64,000 bases of DNA from positions 1,627,267 to 1,691,266 of the forward strand of contig OY968772.1 in assembly GCA_963695275.1 (NCBI GenBank), in the 5' to 3' direction. This document shows, in pieces, positions 39,747-49,159 of this stretch. Source of the DNA: an uncultured Solirubrobacterales bacterium (GTDB taxonomy: Bacteria > Actinomycetota > Thermoleophilia > Solirubrobacterales > 70-9). The notes beneath the pieces were generated by a model that saw only the letters and a list, made by a program, of their open reading frames with translations, was not told the DNA's origin and ran no database searches. Each line of letters starts with the position of its first letter. Position 1 is the first letter of the stretch. The translations under genes were made by a program, and so were the position numbers.

Positions 39747-40871
39747 CTACTGGATCATGCTCGCGCACTGCTGCAGGTCGGCGGGGGTTTCGGCGCTTTC
39801 GAGGCAGCTGCGATAGCCGGCTCCACCCGAGCCTTCAGAAGAGGAGCCACCGCCGGAGGAAGAGCCACTCCCCGAGGAAGAGTCGCCGATCACGCCTTCG
39901 AGCAGATTGCCGAGGCCTTCGCCGCTGCTGGCGCCTTCGAGCAGTTCGATCGGGTTGACGTCGAGCTTCTGGAACAGCCCCTGCAGCGGCTTGGCGCCGG
40001 AGGGGGCGGAGATGTCCTGTTCTTCGTTGACGCCACCGAGCGAGAGGTCGAAGTCGACTTCGACCTTTTCGCCGCTGGTGCCCTTCGGTTCGATCGTCAT
40101 TTCCGCCGCGAGCCTGCGGATGATGTTGTCGTCGCCGACGTAGACCTCGACCTGGGCCTTCTTGACGGCAGTCGTCAATTCGCCCTTGGCCTTTTCGAGT
40201 TCGCCGATCGGCAGCGGGCCAGCCGCTTCGAGCTGGCTGCTGCAGGCCGGGTTTTCGCTCAACTTGATGATCGCGTCGATCGCGGCACCGACGTTGAGGT
40301 CGCCGCTGATCTTGGTCGTGCTGGTGCCGTCGACATCAGCGCTGCCGTCGTTGCTCGAGTTGTCGACGAAGTCGCCGACCTTGAGGCCGGTCGCCGCTTC
40401 CTGGCAGGCACTGACGTCGGCCGGATTTTCTTCGGAGCCGCTGCCCTGCTGCTGAGCCTGTTCGAAGCCCGACTTGACGAAGCCGAAGGTGGTCGGGTCG
40501 ACTTCGTACTCGGTCCCTTCGTATTCGACGTAGGCGCGATCGGTGAGCAGCGTCAGGCCGCCTTCGAAATCGATGTTTTCGCCCTTCGCCGAGCCCTTGG
40601 CGCTGGCCGTCATCGCCAGCTGCGGCAGGTCTCCCTTGGTGCCGCTCTGGAACGGTCCGGAGAGGCTGACGTCGATGTCGCCGCCTTCGTCGCCTTCGGC
40701 CTTGATGCCGAGCGAGAGGTCGATGTCGCCGCTCGTCACGCCTTTGAGCGTGGCGTTGTCGATGACCGTCTGCGGGTCTTCACTGCTCTTGTCGCTGCCG
40801 CCGCAGGCGGCGAAAGCGGTCGCCAGCGCGGCAAGCGCGGCGAACAGCACGAAAATGCGGAAACGGCTCAA
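39747..40871 (-). CDS. Secreted lipoprotein, unknown function
   Basis: Lipobox 'ATAFAAC', a Ser/Gly-rich tail and C-terminal Cys residues. The stop abuts the chaA ATG with 0 nt spacing. Confidence 0.7.
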   Translation of the reverse strand: MSRFRIFVLFAALAALATAFAACGGSDKSSEDPQTVIDNATLKGVTSGDIDLSLGIKAEGDEGGDIDVSLSGPFQSGTKGDLPQLAMTASAKGSAKGENIDFEGGLTLLTDRAYVEYEGTEYEVDPTTFGFVKSGFEQAQQQGSGSEENPADVSACQEAATGLKVGDFVDNSSNDGSADVDGTSTTKISGDLNVGAAIDAIIKLSENPACSSQLEAAGPLPIGELEKAKGELTTAVKKAQVEVYVGDDNIIRRLAAEMTIEPKGTSGEKVEVDFDLSLGGVNEEQDISAPSGAKPLQGLFQKLDVNPIELLEGASSGEGLGNLLEGVIGDSSSGSGSSSGGGSSSEGSGGAGYRSCLESAETPADLQQCASMIQ

Positions 40872-40913
40872 GGGGGTGGCTCCTCCTGATCGAAGTCGGT
40901 CGAGTCAGCAATT

Positions 40914-41159
40914 CTAGGGAGGGCCGGCGTCCCCCCGCGATTCGTCGATCGGCGCTGGCCGGTTGTTCGTGGTCAGGTTCGCCGCCAGCGGGAAGAGCAG
41001 GGTGCCGAGGAAGATCAGGGCGACGCCGGCGATGACCATCGCCTTGACCCTGAATACGTGGCCGAGGATGCCGATCGCGAAGCCCGCCAGCATCAGCGCG
41101 ATGTAGGGGCCGGGGCTGTGCGGTAACAGGTCGGCGAGGGGCGGCGCGAGGTCGAGCAC
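40914..41159 (-). CDS. Small 2-TM membrane protein
   Basis: ORF with two hydrophobic helices. No family recognised. Confidence 0.4.
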   Translation of the reverse strand: MLDLAPPLADLLPHSPGPYIALMLAGFAIGILGHVFRVKAMVIAGVALIFLGTLLFPLAANLTTNNRPAPIDESRGDAGPP

Positions 41160-41182
41160 GGAGGCGGATTATCATCGCCCGC

Positions 41183-42061
41183 ATGGCCGAGAGCTCTGTG
41201 GCAGAGGTGAAGGAGGCGCTGGCGCGGGTCGGCTACCTCGCCGACGAGCCGGCGGCGCTGGTCTCCTACCTCGCTCAGGAGCTCGGCAAGCCGGTCCTGG
41301 TCGAGGGCCCGGCGGGGGTCGGCAAGACCGAGCTGGCCAAGGCACTCTCGCGCGCCACCGGCCGCGAGCTGGTGCGGCTGCAGTGCTACGAGGGGCTCGA
41401 CGAGGCGAAGGCGATGTACGAGTGGAACTACCGCAAGCAGCTGCTGCGGATCCAGGCCGGCGGCGAGGGCGGCTGGGACGACGTCCAGGAGGACATCTTC
41501 AGCAACGAGTTCCTGCTGACGCGGCCGCTGATGCAGGCGATCTCCAGCCCCGAGCCGGTGGTGCTGCTGATCGACGAGATCGACAAGACCGACCAGGAGT
41601 TCGAGGCGATGCTGCTGGAGCTGCTCTCCGACTTCCAGATCACGATCCCCGAGCTGGGCCAGGTCTCGGCGACGACGATGCCGATCGTCGTCCTCACCTC
41701 CAACGACTCGCGCGAGCTGACCGAGGCGCTGAAGCGGCGCTGCCTCTACCTCTGGCTCGATTATCCGGGTGCCGAGCGCGAGATGGAGATCGTCCGCCTG
41801 CACGTGCCGGAGCTGAGCGAGTCGGTGGCGCGGCGGCTGGTCGAGGTGATCGAGATGGTGCGCGCCCTCGACCTGAAGAAGCCGCCCTCGATCGCCGAGT
41901 CGATCGACTGGGCGCGGACGCTGCTGCTGATGGGCGCCGAGGACATCGACCGCGAGACCTTCGTCCAGTCGATGTCGATCATCGTCAAGCACCGCACCGA
42001 CATCGACCTCGTCGCCGAGCGCGTCGGCCTGAAACTGGCCGAGCGCAGCCCGGCCGGCTGA
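41183..42061 (+). CDS. MoxR-like AAA+ ATPase (CoxD/CbbQ-like)
   Basis: Walker A 'EGPAGVGKTELAKAL' and Walker B 'VLLIDEIDK', with size and pattern of the MoxR family. Confidence 0.9.
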   Translation: MAESSVAEVKEALARVGYLADEPAALVSYLAQELGKPVLVEGPAGVGKTELAKALSRATGRELVRLQCYEGLDEAKAMYEWNYRKQLLRIQAGGEGGWDDVQEDIFSNEFLLTRPLMQAISSPEPVVLLIDEIDKTDQEFEAMLLELLSDFQITIPELGQVSATTMPIVVLTSNDSRELTEALKRRCLYLWLDYPGAEREMEIVRLHVPELSESVARRLVEVIEMVRALDLKKPPSIAESIDWARTLLLMGAEDIDRETFVQSMSIIVKHRTDIDLVAERVGLKLAERSPAG

Positions 42062-42062
42062 G

Positions 42063-42812
42063 CTAGGGCTCGAAGAACTCGGCCAGCGCCTCGGCCTCGG
42101 GTGGGCCGTCGTAGGCGAGCCGCCCGTCGCGGACGCCGACGCAGCGGCTGGCGGCGGCGATCACGTCGGGGCGGTGGGTCGAGACGACAACCGCCGCCCC
42201 CGCCTGACGGGCCTCGGCCAGCAGCTCGAAGAGGACGTCGCGGCTGGGCGGATCGAGGCCGTCGAAGGGCTCGTCGGCGAGCAGAACCGCGAACGGCCGC
42301 ACCAGGGCGATCGCAATCGAGGCCTTCTGGCGCATGCCATGGCTGAATTCGGAGGGGAGGCTGTCCTCCCACTGGCCGAGCCCGAGCCGCTCCTGCAGCT
42401 CGCCCGCGCGCGCTCCCCCGTCGTCGACGCCGTGCAGAGCCGCGACGTAGGCGAGGTGCTCACCGAGGCTGAGGTCTTCGTAGAAGACCGGCGCGTCGGG
42501 CAGGTAGGAGAGCGCCCGGCGGGCGGGGATCGTGCCGGCCTGCTCACCGGTGATCGCGATCGAGCCCGAGGACGGCTCCAGCAGGCCGGCGGCCATGGTC
42601 AGAAAGGTCGTCTTTCCCGCCCCGTTGGGACCGACCAGGGCGACGAGCTCGCCCGGCCCGAGCTCGAGGCTGAACGAGGTGAGCGCGATGAACCCGTCGT
42701 AGGTGCGACCGAGGCCGCGGGCGGCCAGCACCGGGGCGGGCCCGGACTCCACTTCGACCCCGACTATCAAGATGCCACCGCGGTCTCGTCGGCCATCCGT
42801 TTGCCCAGCCAC
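42063..42812 (-). CDS. ABC transporter ATP-binding protein
   Basis: 'GPNGAGKTT', 'LLADEPFDGLD' and a degenerate signature 'FSHGMRQK'. An alternative TTG 42770 start overlaps the permease TGA. Confidence 0.85.
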   Translation of the reverse strand: MAGQTDGRRDRGGILIVGVEVESGPAPVLAARGLGRTYDGFIALTSFSLELGPGELVALVGPNGAGKTTFLTMAAGLLEPSSGSIAITGEQAGTIPARRALSYLPDAPVFYEDLSLGEHLAYVAALHGVDDGGARAGELQERLGLGQWEDSLPSEFSHGMRQKASIAIALVRPFAVLLADEPFDGLDPPSRDVLFELLAEARQAGAAVVVSTHRPDVIAAASRCVGVRDGRLAYDGPPEAEALAEFFEP

Positions 42813-44329
42813 CAGGCCATCGCCACCCCGATCAGGAGCAGGAAGAACTCGAGGCTGATGGCGGCGCTCGTCGCCGAGCCGCCGTGGCGCGCCGCTTCCC
42901 GCGCGGCCAGGACCGGCCCGCCCGCGGCGACGACCGCGATCACGATCGGCGCCGCCGACTGCACATAGCCCAGCGACGGGTTGAGGACGTAGGCGTAGGG
43001 ATCGTTGGTGGCGCTGAGGGCGGCGCAGCAGACCAGGACCAGCGCGGTCGGAAACAGCATCGCGACGCCGACACCCGCAGCGCTCGCCGAAGGCCCGAGG
43101 GCGAGCGCCGCCAGCGTCGCGCAGAGCAGCACTGCCGCCATCGCCGCGAAAGAGGGGACGAGGTGGCGCTGGATCAGATTGGCGGCCGCCAATGGCAGCA
43201 GCTCGCGCCGGGTCGGGTGGTCGGTCTCCTGGGCCAGCGGCTCGACCAGGTCGAGTGCGGCGACCATCAGCAGCAGACCGGGCAGGACGAAGAGCAGCGT
43301 GACCCCGCTCCAGGCCGCAGCGGTGGCGGCGCCGGCCGCGATCCCGATCGCCAGCACCCTGACCACCCGCCCGAGCGGCCAGCGCAGGAAGCTCTGCCAG
43401 CCGCGCCGCCAGACCGGGTGACGAGACGAAGCCGCCGCGCCGAGGCGGATCCAGGGCCGCCGCCGCGGCCGCTCGGAGGCGAGCTGGCGGCGCAGCAGCA
43501 CGACCGTGCGCAGATCCTGGACCGAGGCCGAGAAGCGCAGCTCGGCGGTCAGCGCCGCCCGCCGCCGCGCCGCCTCGAGGGCGATCCGGCCAACTCCACG
43601 CAAGGCGGCCGCGGCCAGTACCAGCACGATCGCCAGCCCCACCCCGGCCAGGACCAGGTGACTGCCCCCGCCCTGCAGCGGCAGGGTCCCGATCTCGCCG
43701 GCCAGCGTCGCCGGCGAGGTGGTCGCCCCGAGCACCAGGTCGGCGAGCGTCCAGGCGAGCAGCCCGGTCCCGAGCGCCGAGGCCACGAGTGGCCGCAGCC
43801 GGCGCCCGGAGGCGAGCAGGGCGGCAGCGAGAGCGCAGAGCGGCAGCAGGGCGCCGAGCAGCGCCAGACAGACAAACCAGGCGACCGGCGAGCCGGGCAG
43901 GCGACGGAAGACGAAGTTGCCGACGACGGCGCCCAGCACAGCGCCGGCGAGGACGGCGATCCGCAGCTGCCGCCAGGCCGCCGGGCGCAGTGCCGCGCCG
44001 CGGTCGATCGGCGCCAGCAGCACGTACTGGACCTCGGCGGCCTCGATCGCCAACGGGCCGCCGCGGGCCCCGGATCGCAATCCCATCAGGACCGCCAGGG
44101 CCAGCGCCAACCCCAGCACGGCGGGCCCGTGCTCCTTCATGTCCGCGATCGCGGAGGCGCTCGCCGGCGCCTCCTCGACCCAGCCAGCGATGACCGCGAG
44201 GGCGATCCCGCCGAAGATCGCCGCCAGGTAGACGCGGTAGAGAACCTCCATCACGTCGATCTGCGCGACGAAGCGGCGGCGACGCGCAGCGCGCAGTTCG
44301 CCCAGCGCCACGGTCTGCTCGCTACTCAC
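42767..44329 (-). CDS. Polytopic membrane protein, putative ABC-associated permease
   Basis: Only the C-terminal ~520 codons of the listed 986-aa ORF look coding ('..RRRRFVAQIDVMEVLYRVYLAAIFGG..', 10+ TM). Start is GTG 44329 or ATG 44251. Confidence 0.6.
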   Translation of the reverse strand: MSSEQTVALGELRAARRRRFVAQIDVMEVLYRVYLAAIFGGIALAVIAGWVEEAPASASAIADMKEHGPAVLGLALALAVLMGLRSGARGGPLAIEAAEVQYVLLAPIDRGAALRPAAWRQLRIAVLAGAVLGAVVGNFVFRRLPGSPVAWFVCLALLGALLPLCALAAALLASGRRLRPLVASALGTGLLAWTLADLVLGATTSPATLAGEIGTLPLQGGGSHLVLAGVGLAIVLVLAAAALRGVGRIALEAARRRAALTAELRFSASVQDLRTVVLLRRQLASERPRRRPWIRLGAAASSRHPVWRRGWQSFLRWPLGRVVRVLAIGIAAGAATAAAWSGVTLLFVLPGLLLMVAALDLVEPLAQETDHPTRRELLPLAAANLIQRHLVPSFAAMAAVLLCATLAALALGPSASAAGVGVAMLFPTALVLVCCAALSATNDPYAYVLNPSLGYVQSAAPIVIAVVAAGGPVLAAREAARHGGSATSAAISLEFFLLLIGVAMAWWLGKRMADETAVAS

Positions 44330-44347
44330 CCTCCTATTATCGGTGCG

Positions 44348-45778
44348 ATGAGCCCCGCCTCGCCCTACGGGCCCAAGGCCGACGCCGGACCTCCCGGTCT
44401 GGCGGCGAAGCTGCTCGGCTTCTGCGACGAGCTGCGCAGCGAGGGCGTGGCGGTCGGGACCTCGGAGATCCTCGACGCCTTCGCCGCCCTGGAGATGGTC
44501 GACTGGACCTCGCGCAATGACTTCCGCGAGGCGCTGGCGGCGACGATCGCCAAGTCGCAGGAGGACCGCCGCGTCTTCGAGCTGCTGTTCGACCGCTTCT
44601 TCTTCCGCGCCGCCGAGGCCGAGGCGGTCCAGCGCGAGATCACCGAGCGTGGCGAAGGCGAGGGTGGCGGCGAGGGCGAGGCGCTGGGCGAGGGCGGCGA
44701 GCGGATCGACATGGACGAGCTGCGCGAGCAGATCCGCGACGCGATCGAAGCCGGCGACGAGGACCGCCTGCGCGACCTGGCGCGGTTGGCGATCGCCGCC
44801 TTTGGCCAGGCCGAGGGCTCCGGCGTGGTCGGGGTCGACGTGCAGCGGATCCGCCGCACCCTGGGCCTGACCGCCGGCGCCCAGCCGCCGACCGAGGCGG
44901 GCGACGAGCGGCCGCCGCTCGACCGCGACCAGCTCAACAAGTTCGAGCGCCACCTGCGACGCGAGCTCGAGCGCGACCTGATCGAGCGCACCGAGACCCT
45001 GCCTCCCTCCCGCCCGCTGGCGGAGCTCGACCGCGCCCTGCCGACCAATCCCACCCAGGATCTGGCGGCGGTCCACCGCGCGGTCTCGCAGATGAAGCGG
45101 CGACTGGCGACGCTGGGCCAGGAGCAGCGTGGCCACCGCAAGGCCTCGATGGTCGACGTGCGGCGGACGATGCGGGCCTCGCTGGAGACCGGCGGCGTGC
45201 CGCTGCGGCTCAAATACAAGCCCAAGCGCCCGCGGCGGCCGGAGATCTACGTGCTCTGCGACGTCTCGACCTCGGTCACCTCGGCCAGCGTCTTCTTCCT
45301 CTCGGTCCTGCACGCCCTGCACGACTCGTTCCGCAAACTGCGCAGCTTCGTCTTCATCGAGCGGATCTCCGAGGTGACCGACGTTTTCGAGCACGAGCGC
45401 GACTTCGCCGTCGTCGCCCAGCGGATCTCCAGCGAGGGCGGTGTCGCCGACGTCTCCGGCTACACCGACTACGGCCGTGTCTGGTTCGAGTTCCTGACCG
45501 AGATCTCCGACGAGCTCGACCCGCGCTCGACCGTGATCGTGCTCGGCGACGCCCGCACCAACGGCCGCGAGCCGCACGCCGAGGTCTTCGCCCAGGTCGC
45601 CGAGCACGCCGGCCGCCTCTTCTGGCTCAACCCGGAGCCGAAGCTCTACTGGAACTACGGCGACTCGGTGATGGCCGCCTACGAGCGCTACTGCGACGGC
45701 ACCTTCGAGTGCTGGACCACCCGCCACCTGGAGAACTTCGTCAACGTCGTCGCCGGCGGCGTTCCCGCGGCCGAATGA
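44348..45778 (+). CDS. VWA-domain protein, CoxE-like (MoxR partner)
   Basis: 'LLGFCDELRSEGVAVGTSEILDAF' is the CoxE N-domain and 'VLCDVSTSV' is the MIDAS motif. ATG 44348 lies within listed ORF 42884..45778. Confidence 0.8.
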   Translation: MSPASPYGPKADAGPPGLAAKLLGFCDELRSEGVAVGTSEILDAFAALEMVDWTSRNDFREALAATIAKSQEDRRVFELLFDRFFFRAAEAEAVQREITERGEGEGGGEGEALGEGGERIDMDELREQIRDAIEAGDEDRLRDLARLAIAAFGQAEGSGVVGVDVQRIRRTLGLTAGAQPPTEAGDERPPLDRDQLNKFERHLRRELERDLIERTETLPPSRPLAELDRALPTNPTQDLAAVHRAVSQMKRRLATLGQEQRGHRKASMVDVRRTMRASLETGGVPLRLKYKPKRPRRPEIYVLCDVSTSVTSASVFFLSVLHALHDSFRKLRSFVFIERISEVTDVFEHERDFAVVAQRISSEGGVADVSGYTDYGRVWFEFLTEISDELDPRSTVIVLGDARTNGREPHAEVFAQVAEHAGRLFWLNPEPKLYWNYGDSVMAAYERYCDGTFECWTTRHLENFVNVVAGGVPAAE

Positions 45779-46338
45779 GCCGGGCGCTGCTGCTGCGCCA
45801 CGGCGAGTCGGCTCACAACGCCCACACCGGCAAGGAGGCGCTGGGCGACGAGGAGGGCGATCGCCTGACCGAGCTCGGTCGCGAGCAGGCCCGCGCCGCC
45901 GGCCAGGGCCTGGCCGGAGAGGGCGCCACCCGCCTGCTGGCGAGCCCGATGCGGCGCGCGGCGGAAACCGCGGCTGCGGTCGGCGCCGCGTTGAACCTGG
46001 AGGCGGAGACCCTCCCCTACATCCACGAGCTCAGCGCCGGCGAGAGCTTCGGGGACCTGGTCGCGCGGGTGCGGCGACTGAAGGCCGAGCTGGAGGCGCT
46101 GCCGGCCGGGGAGCTGCCGCTGCTGGTCGGCCACGGCATTTTCATCCGCTTCTTCCTGCTCGACTCGGTCCTCGGCGACGAGTTCACGCCGCCGATGGCG
46201 GCGGGGATCTGGAACCTCGGCTCCTACAACTGCGGGCTCAGCCTGTTCTCGCACGGCGAGGCGCGCGACCCCGGCGGCACTGAGGTGCCCGGCTGGACCT
46301 GCCTCAGCTGGATGCGGCGGCCGTGGAATCAGCCGTAG
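45775..46338 (+). CDS. Histidine phosphatase family protein
   Basis: 'LLLRHGESAHN' is the RHG motif and 'LVGHG' is present. ATG overlaps the VWA TGA (ATGA). Confidence 0.85.
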   Translation: MSRALLLRHGESAHNAHTGKEALGDEEGDRLTELGREQARAAGQGLAGEGATRLLASPMRRAAETAAAVGAALNLEAETLPYIHELSAGESFGDLVARVRRLKAELEALPAGELPLLVGHGIFIRFFLLDSVLGDEFTPPMAAGIWNLGSYNCGLSLFSHGEARDPGGTEVPGWTCLSWMRRPWNQP

Positions 46339-47638
46339 CGACGGGGGGCGGATCGTCCGGCGAGACCTGCCACTGCTCGTTGACGATCGCCCCCGGCGGC
46401 GGCGGCACCGGGCCGTCCAGCAATGGGTCCTCGGTCTCGCGCATCCAGGCGTCGAGCCGACCCCTCATCTCCGCCAGCTCCTCGGCCCGAGCCGGGTTGG
46501 CGGCGATGTTGTCGCCCTCGGCCGGGTCGAGCACGAGGTCGTAGAGTTGCTCCTCGGGCACCACCTGCTCGCCCCACCCCGCCTCGACCAGCAGCTCCTT
46601 GCTGGCGCTGTCGTCGCAGTTGGCGAGGATCGGGTGCTCGTAGTCGTCGAACCGCTTGATGTACTTCCAGCGCTCGGTGCGGACAGCGCGATGCGGCTGG
46701 TAGGCGGCGTGGAAGGTCGTCTCGGCGAAGATCGCCTCGTGCAGGCGCTCGGTCTCGCCGCGCACCAACGGCATCAGCGAGGACCCCTGCAGCCAGTCCG
46801 GCGCCTCGACTCCGGCCAGCTCGCAGAGGGTCGGGTAGACGTCGAGGTGGCTGACCGGCGCGTCGACCACCTTGCCGCCGGTGAAGCCGCCCGGGCCGCG
46901 CATCAGCATCATCACCCCGATCCCACGGTCGAACAGCGTCGCCTTCGCGCCCGGGAAGGCGACCCCGTGATCGGTGGTACAGAGGACCAGCGTGTTCTCG
47001 ACCAGGCCGTAGTCGTGCAGGGCGTGGAGGACGGCGCCGATTCCCTGGTCGAGCGAGCGGGCGCTGGCCTTGAAAGCGGCGAAGTCCTTGCGGGTGGCGA
47101 CGACGTCGGGCAGGTTTGCCGGCGGCTGCGAGTAGAGCGTGTCGCGGACCGAGGTCGGGGCAAAGAAGTCGCGGTGGGTCTCGAAGAAGCCGACCGACAT
47201 GAACCAGGGCTTGGTGGAGGGAGCCTCGCGCAGCGCCTCGATCGTCAGCGGCGCCACGTACTCGGCCCGGTTGGAATCGATCGGGACAACCTCGTCGTAG
47301 CCGATCACGCCGGGGTCGACGGAGATGTGCTGCTCGCCGATCAGGGTCGAGCGGTAGCCGGCCCGACGCAGGGCGTGGACCCAGTGCTGGCCGTAGTCGT
47401 TGAGCGCCCAGCCGCGGTGGGCCAGACCGAGCATGCCGTTGTTGTGGCAGTGCAGGCCGGTCAGCAGGCTGGCGCGACTGCCGGAGCAGGTCGGCGCCGC
47501 GCAGAAGGCCTCGCGGAAGAGCACCCCCTGGTCGGCCAGCATCTGGATGTTCGGGGTCGGGACCTGGAACCCGTAGGGCTGCACGTAGCGGCCGCTGTCG
47601 TGCGAGTGGATGTAGAGGATGTTCGGGGGCGAGTTCAA
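46304..47638 (-). CDS. Sulfatase (alkaline-phosphatase superfamily) with non-canonical C-S-G-S-R motif
   Basis: 'ILYIHSHD', 'APTCSGSRASLLTG' and 'TTDHG' are the sulfatase family blocks. Confidence 0.9.
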   Translation of the reverse strand: MNSPPNILYIHSHDSGRYVQPYGFQVPTPNIQMLADQGVLFREAFCAAPTCSGSRASLLTGLHCHNNGMLGLAHRGWALNDYGQHWVHALRRAGYRSTLIGEQHISVDPGVIGYDEVVPIDSNRAEYVAPLTIEALREAPSTKPWFMSVGFFETHRDFFAPTSVRDTLYSQPPANLPDVVATRKDFAAFKASARSLDQGIGAVLHALHDYGLVENTLVLCTTDHGVAFPGAKATLFDRGIGVMMLMRGPGGFTGGKVVDAPVSHLDVYPTLCELAGVEAPDWLQGSSLMPLVRGETERLHEAIFAETTFHAAYQPHRAVRTERWKYIKRFDDYEHPILANCDDSASKELLVEAGWGEQVVPEEQLYDLVLDPAEGDNIAANPARAEELAEMRGRLDAWMRETEDPLLDGPVPPPPGAIVNEQWQVSPDDPPPVATADSTAAASS

Positions 47639-47743
47639 GTGGGTACTCCCAGGGTCGAAGTGCGAGAGAGGTTAACGATCGCGACCGGCCAGCCGGGTTT
47701 TTGCTGTCTTTGTTGATTAACTTACTCAGCAAGAACTCCTCCC

Positions 47744-48643
47744 ATGCAACCCGACCGCTCCTACATCGTCTGCGCCACGCCCCGAAGCGGCAGCACCCTG
47801 GTCTGCCACGCGCTCGGGGAAACCGGCGTCGCCGGGCGGCCCGAGGAGTACTTCGAGGCACTGCGCCACAGCGGCCGCCCGCGCCGCCCCGAGGAGTACT
47901 TCGTCGGCGTCGAGGACCCGACGATCCGCGACCATCTCGGTGAGCGCGCGGTCGGCAGCGAGCTCCAGCCCCGCTCACCGCTATGGAGCCGTGCCGCCTA
48001 CGACCGCTACCTGGAGTGGGCCTTCGAGGCCGGCACCACCGCCAACGGCATCTTCGGCGCCAAGCTGATGTGGGGCTACTTCGGCGACTTCGTCAGCCTC
48101 CTGCGCAACGTCCCGGCCTACCGCGACATCCCCCTCGCCGAGCTGCTGCCGACCGTGTTCCCGGACCTCACCTTCGTCCGCGTCGTCCGTGCCAACAAGG
48201 TGCGCCAGGCGGTCTCGCTGTGGAAGGCGGTGCAGACCGCGACCTGGCGCGAGGACCAGGCCAGCGCCAAGGCGGTCTCGCTCGAGGACGGCGACTCTCC
48301 CCCCTACCGCAGCTTCATCGAGGAGCACCGGCCGCAGCTGCGCTTCCACTACCGGGCGATCGAGCACCTGCTCGAACAGATCCTGATCGAGGAGTCGCGC
48401 TGGGACGCCTTCTTCGAGCACTCCGGGATCAAACCCGTGCTCATCCTCTACGAGAACTTCGCCGCCGACTACGAGACCAGCACCCTGCGCCTGCTCGAGC
48501 GCCTCGACCTCTCCCCTCCCGACGAGTTCGAGTTCGAGCCGCGGATGAAGCGCCAGTCCGACAACGTCAACGACGACTGGGTCAAGCGCTACAGCGAGCT
48601 GCGGCTGGGGACCGACTTCGACCTGGTCCCGACCAGGGTCTAG
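47744..48643 (+). CDS. Stf0-type sulfotransferase
   Basis: 'YIVCATPRSGSTLVCHAL' is the PAPS P-loop. Overall pattern matches Stf0 (trehalose 2-sulfotransferase family). Confidence 0.75.
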   Translation: MQPDRSYIVCATPRSGSTLVCHALGETGVAGRPEEYFEALRHSGRPRRPEEYFVGVEDPTIRDHLGERAVGSELQPRSPLWSRAAYDRYLEWAFEAGTTANGIFGAKLMWGYFGDFVSLLRNVPAYRDIPLAELLPTVFPDLTFVRVVRANKVRQAVSLWKAVQTATWREDQASAKAVSLEDGDSPPYRSFIEEHRPQLRFHYRAIEHLLEQILIEESRWDAFFEHSGIKPVLILYENFAADYETSTLRLLERLDLSPPDEFEFEPRMKRQSDNVNDDWVKRYSELRLGTDFDLVPTRV

Positions 48644-49128
48644 CTCTCTTTGGTGACCATTTCCTTGGTCCCGGTGCTGGCGACCCAGGCATCGGGCGAG
48701 GCGATCAGCTCCTCGACCACCGGCGGCAGGTTGCCGGAGACGAGATCGGCGAGGGTGACGTTCTCCAGCACGGTGCGGAGACTGGCGCGGACGGCGATCC
48801 ATACCTTCTGCAGCGACTCGGCGTTGCCGTGGTACTCGATCGCCTCCGGCGGAGTCGACTGCACGTGGGCGATCGGGCCCTCGACGGCGCGGACGATGTC
48901 AGCCACGGTCACCTCGTCCGCCGGCTTGGCCAGCCAGTAGCCGCCTTTGGCGCCACGGCGGGCGCGGACGATGCCCTGGTGCTTGAGCTCGAGCAGGATG
49001 TGCTCGAGGAATTGGAGGGGAATGTCCTGGGCTTCCGCCAGGTACCCGCCCTTGATCGGGCCCTCCTCGGCAGCGGCCAGCTCGGCGGCTGCCCGCACTG
49101 CGTAATCGGCCTTGGCTGAAACGCGCAT
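48640..49128 (-). CDS. Rrf2-family transcriptional regulator (no Cys ligands, CymR-like)
   Basis: 'MRVSAKADYAVRAAAELA' wHTH. There are no cysteines, so it is not an Fe-S sensor. Confidence 0.9.
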   Translation of the reverse strand: MRVSAKADYAVRAAAELAAAEEGPIKGGYLAEAQDIPLQFLEHILLELKHQGIVRARRGAKGGYWLAKPADEVTVADIVRAVEGPIAHVQSTPPEAIEYHGNAESLQKVWIAVRASLRTVLENVTLADLVSGNLPPVVEELIASPDAWVASTGTKEMVTKES

Positions 49129-49159
49129 TTAGCTAGTAAACCAGTCGGGCGTGGGCGCC

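Noticed and set aside
42884-44347. N-terminal ~490 codons of the listed 964-aa plus-strand ORF (and the N-terminal part of the 986-aa minus ORF 44330..45727)
   Set aside because: Each long ORF is real only in the half where the opposite strand is not coding: the VWA protein from ATG 44348 and the permease up to about 44329. The remaining halves are Arg/Gly-rich shadows of the opposite gene.
46329-47978. 549-aa minus-strand ORF overlapping the sulfatase gene in another frame, plus similar ORFs at 26739..28151, 38479..39768 and 57280..58908
   Set aside because: All are alternative frames or strands of genes with clear family signatures. They are Arg/Pro/Gly-rich products characteristic of non-coding frames in ~70% GC DNA.
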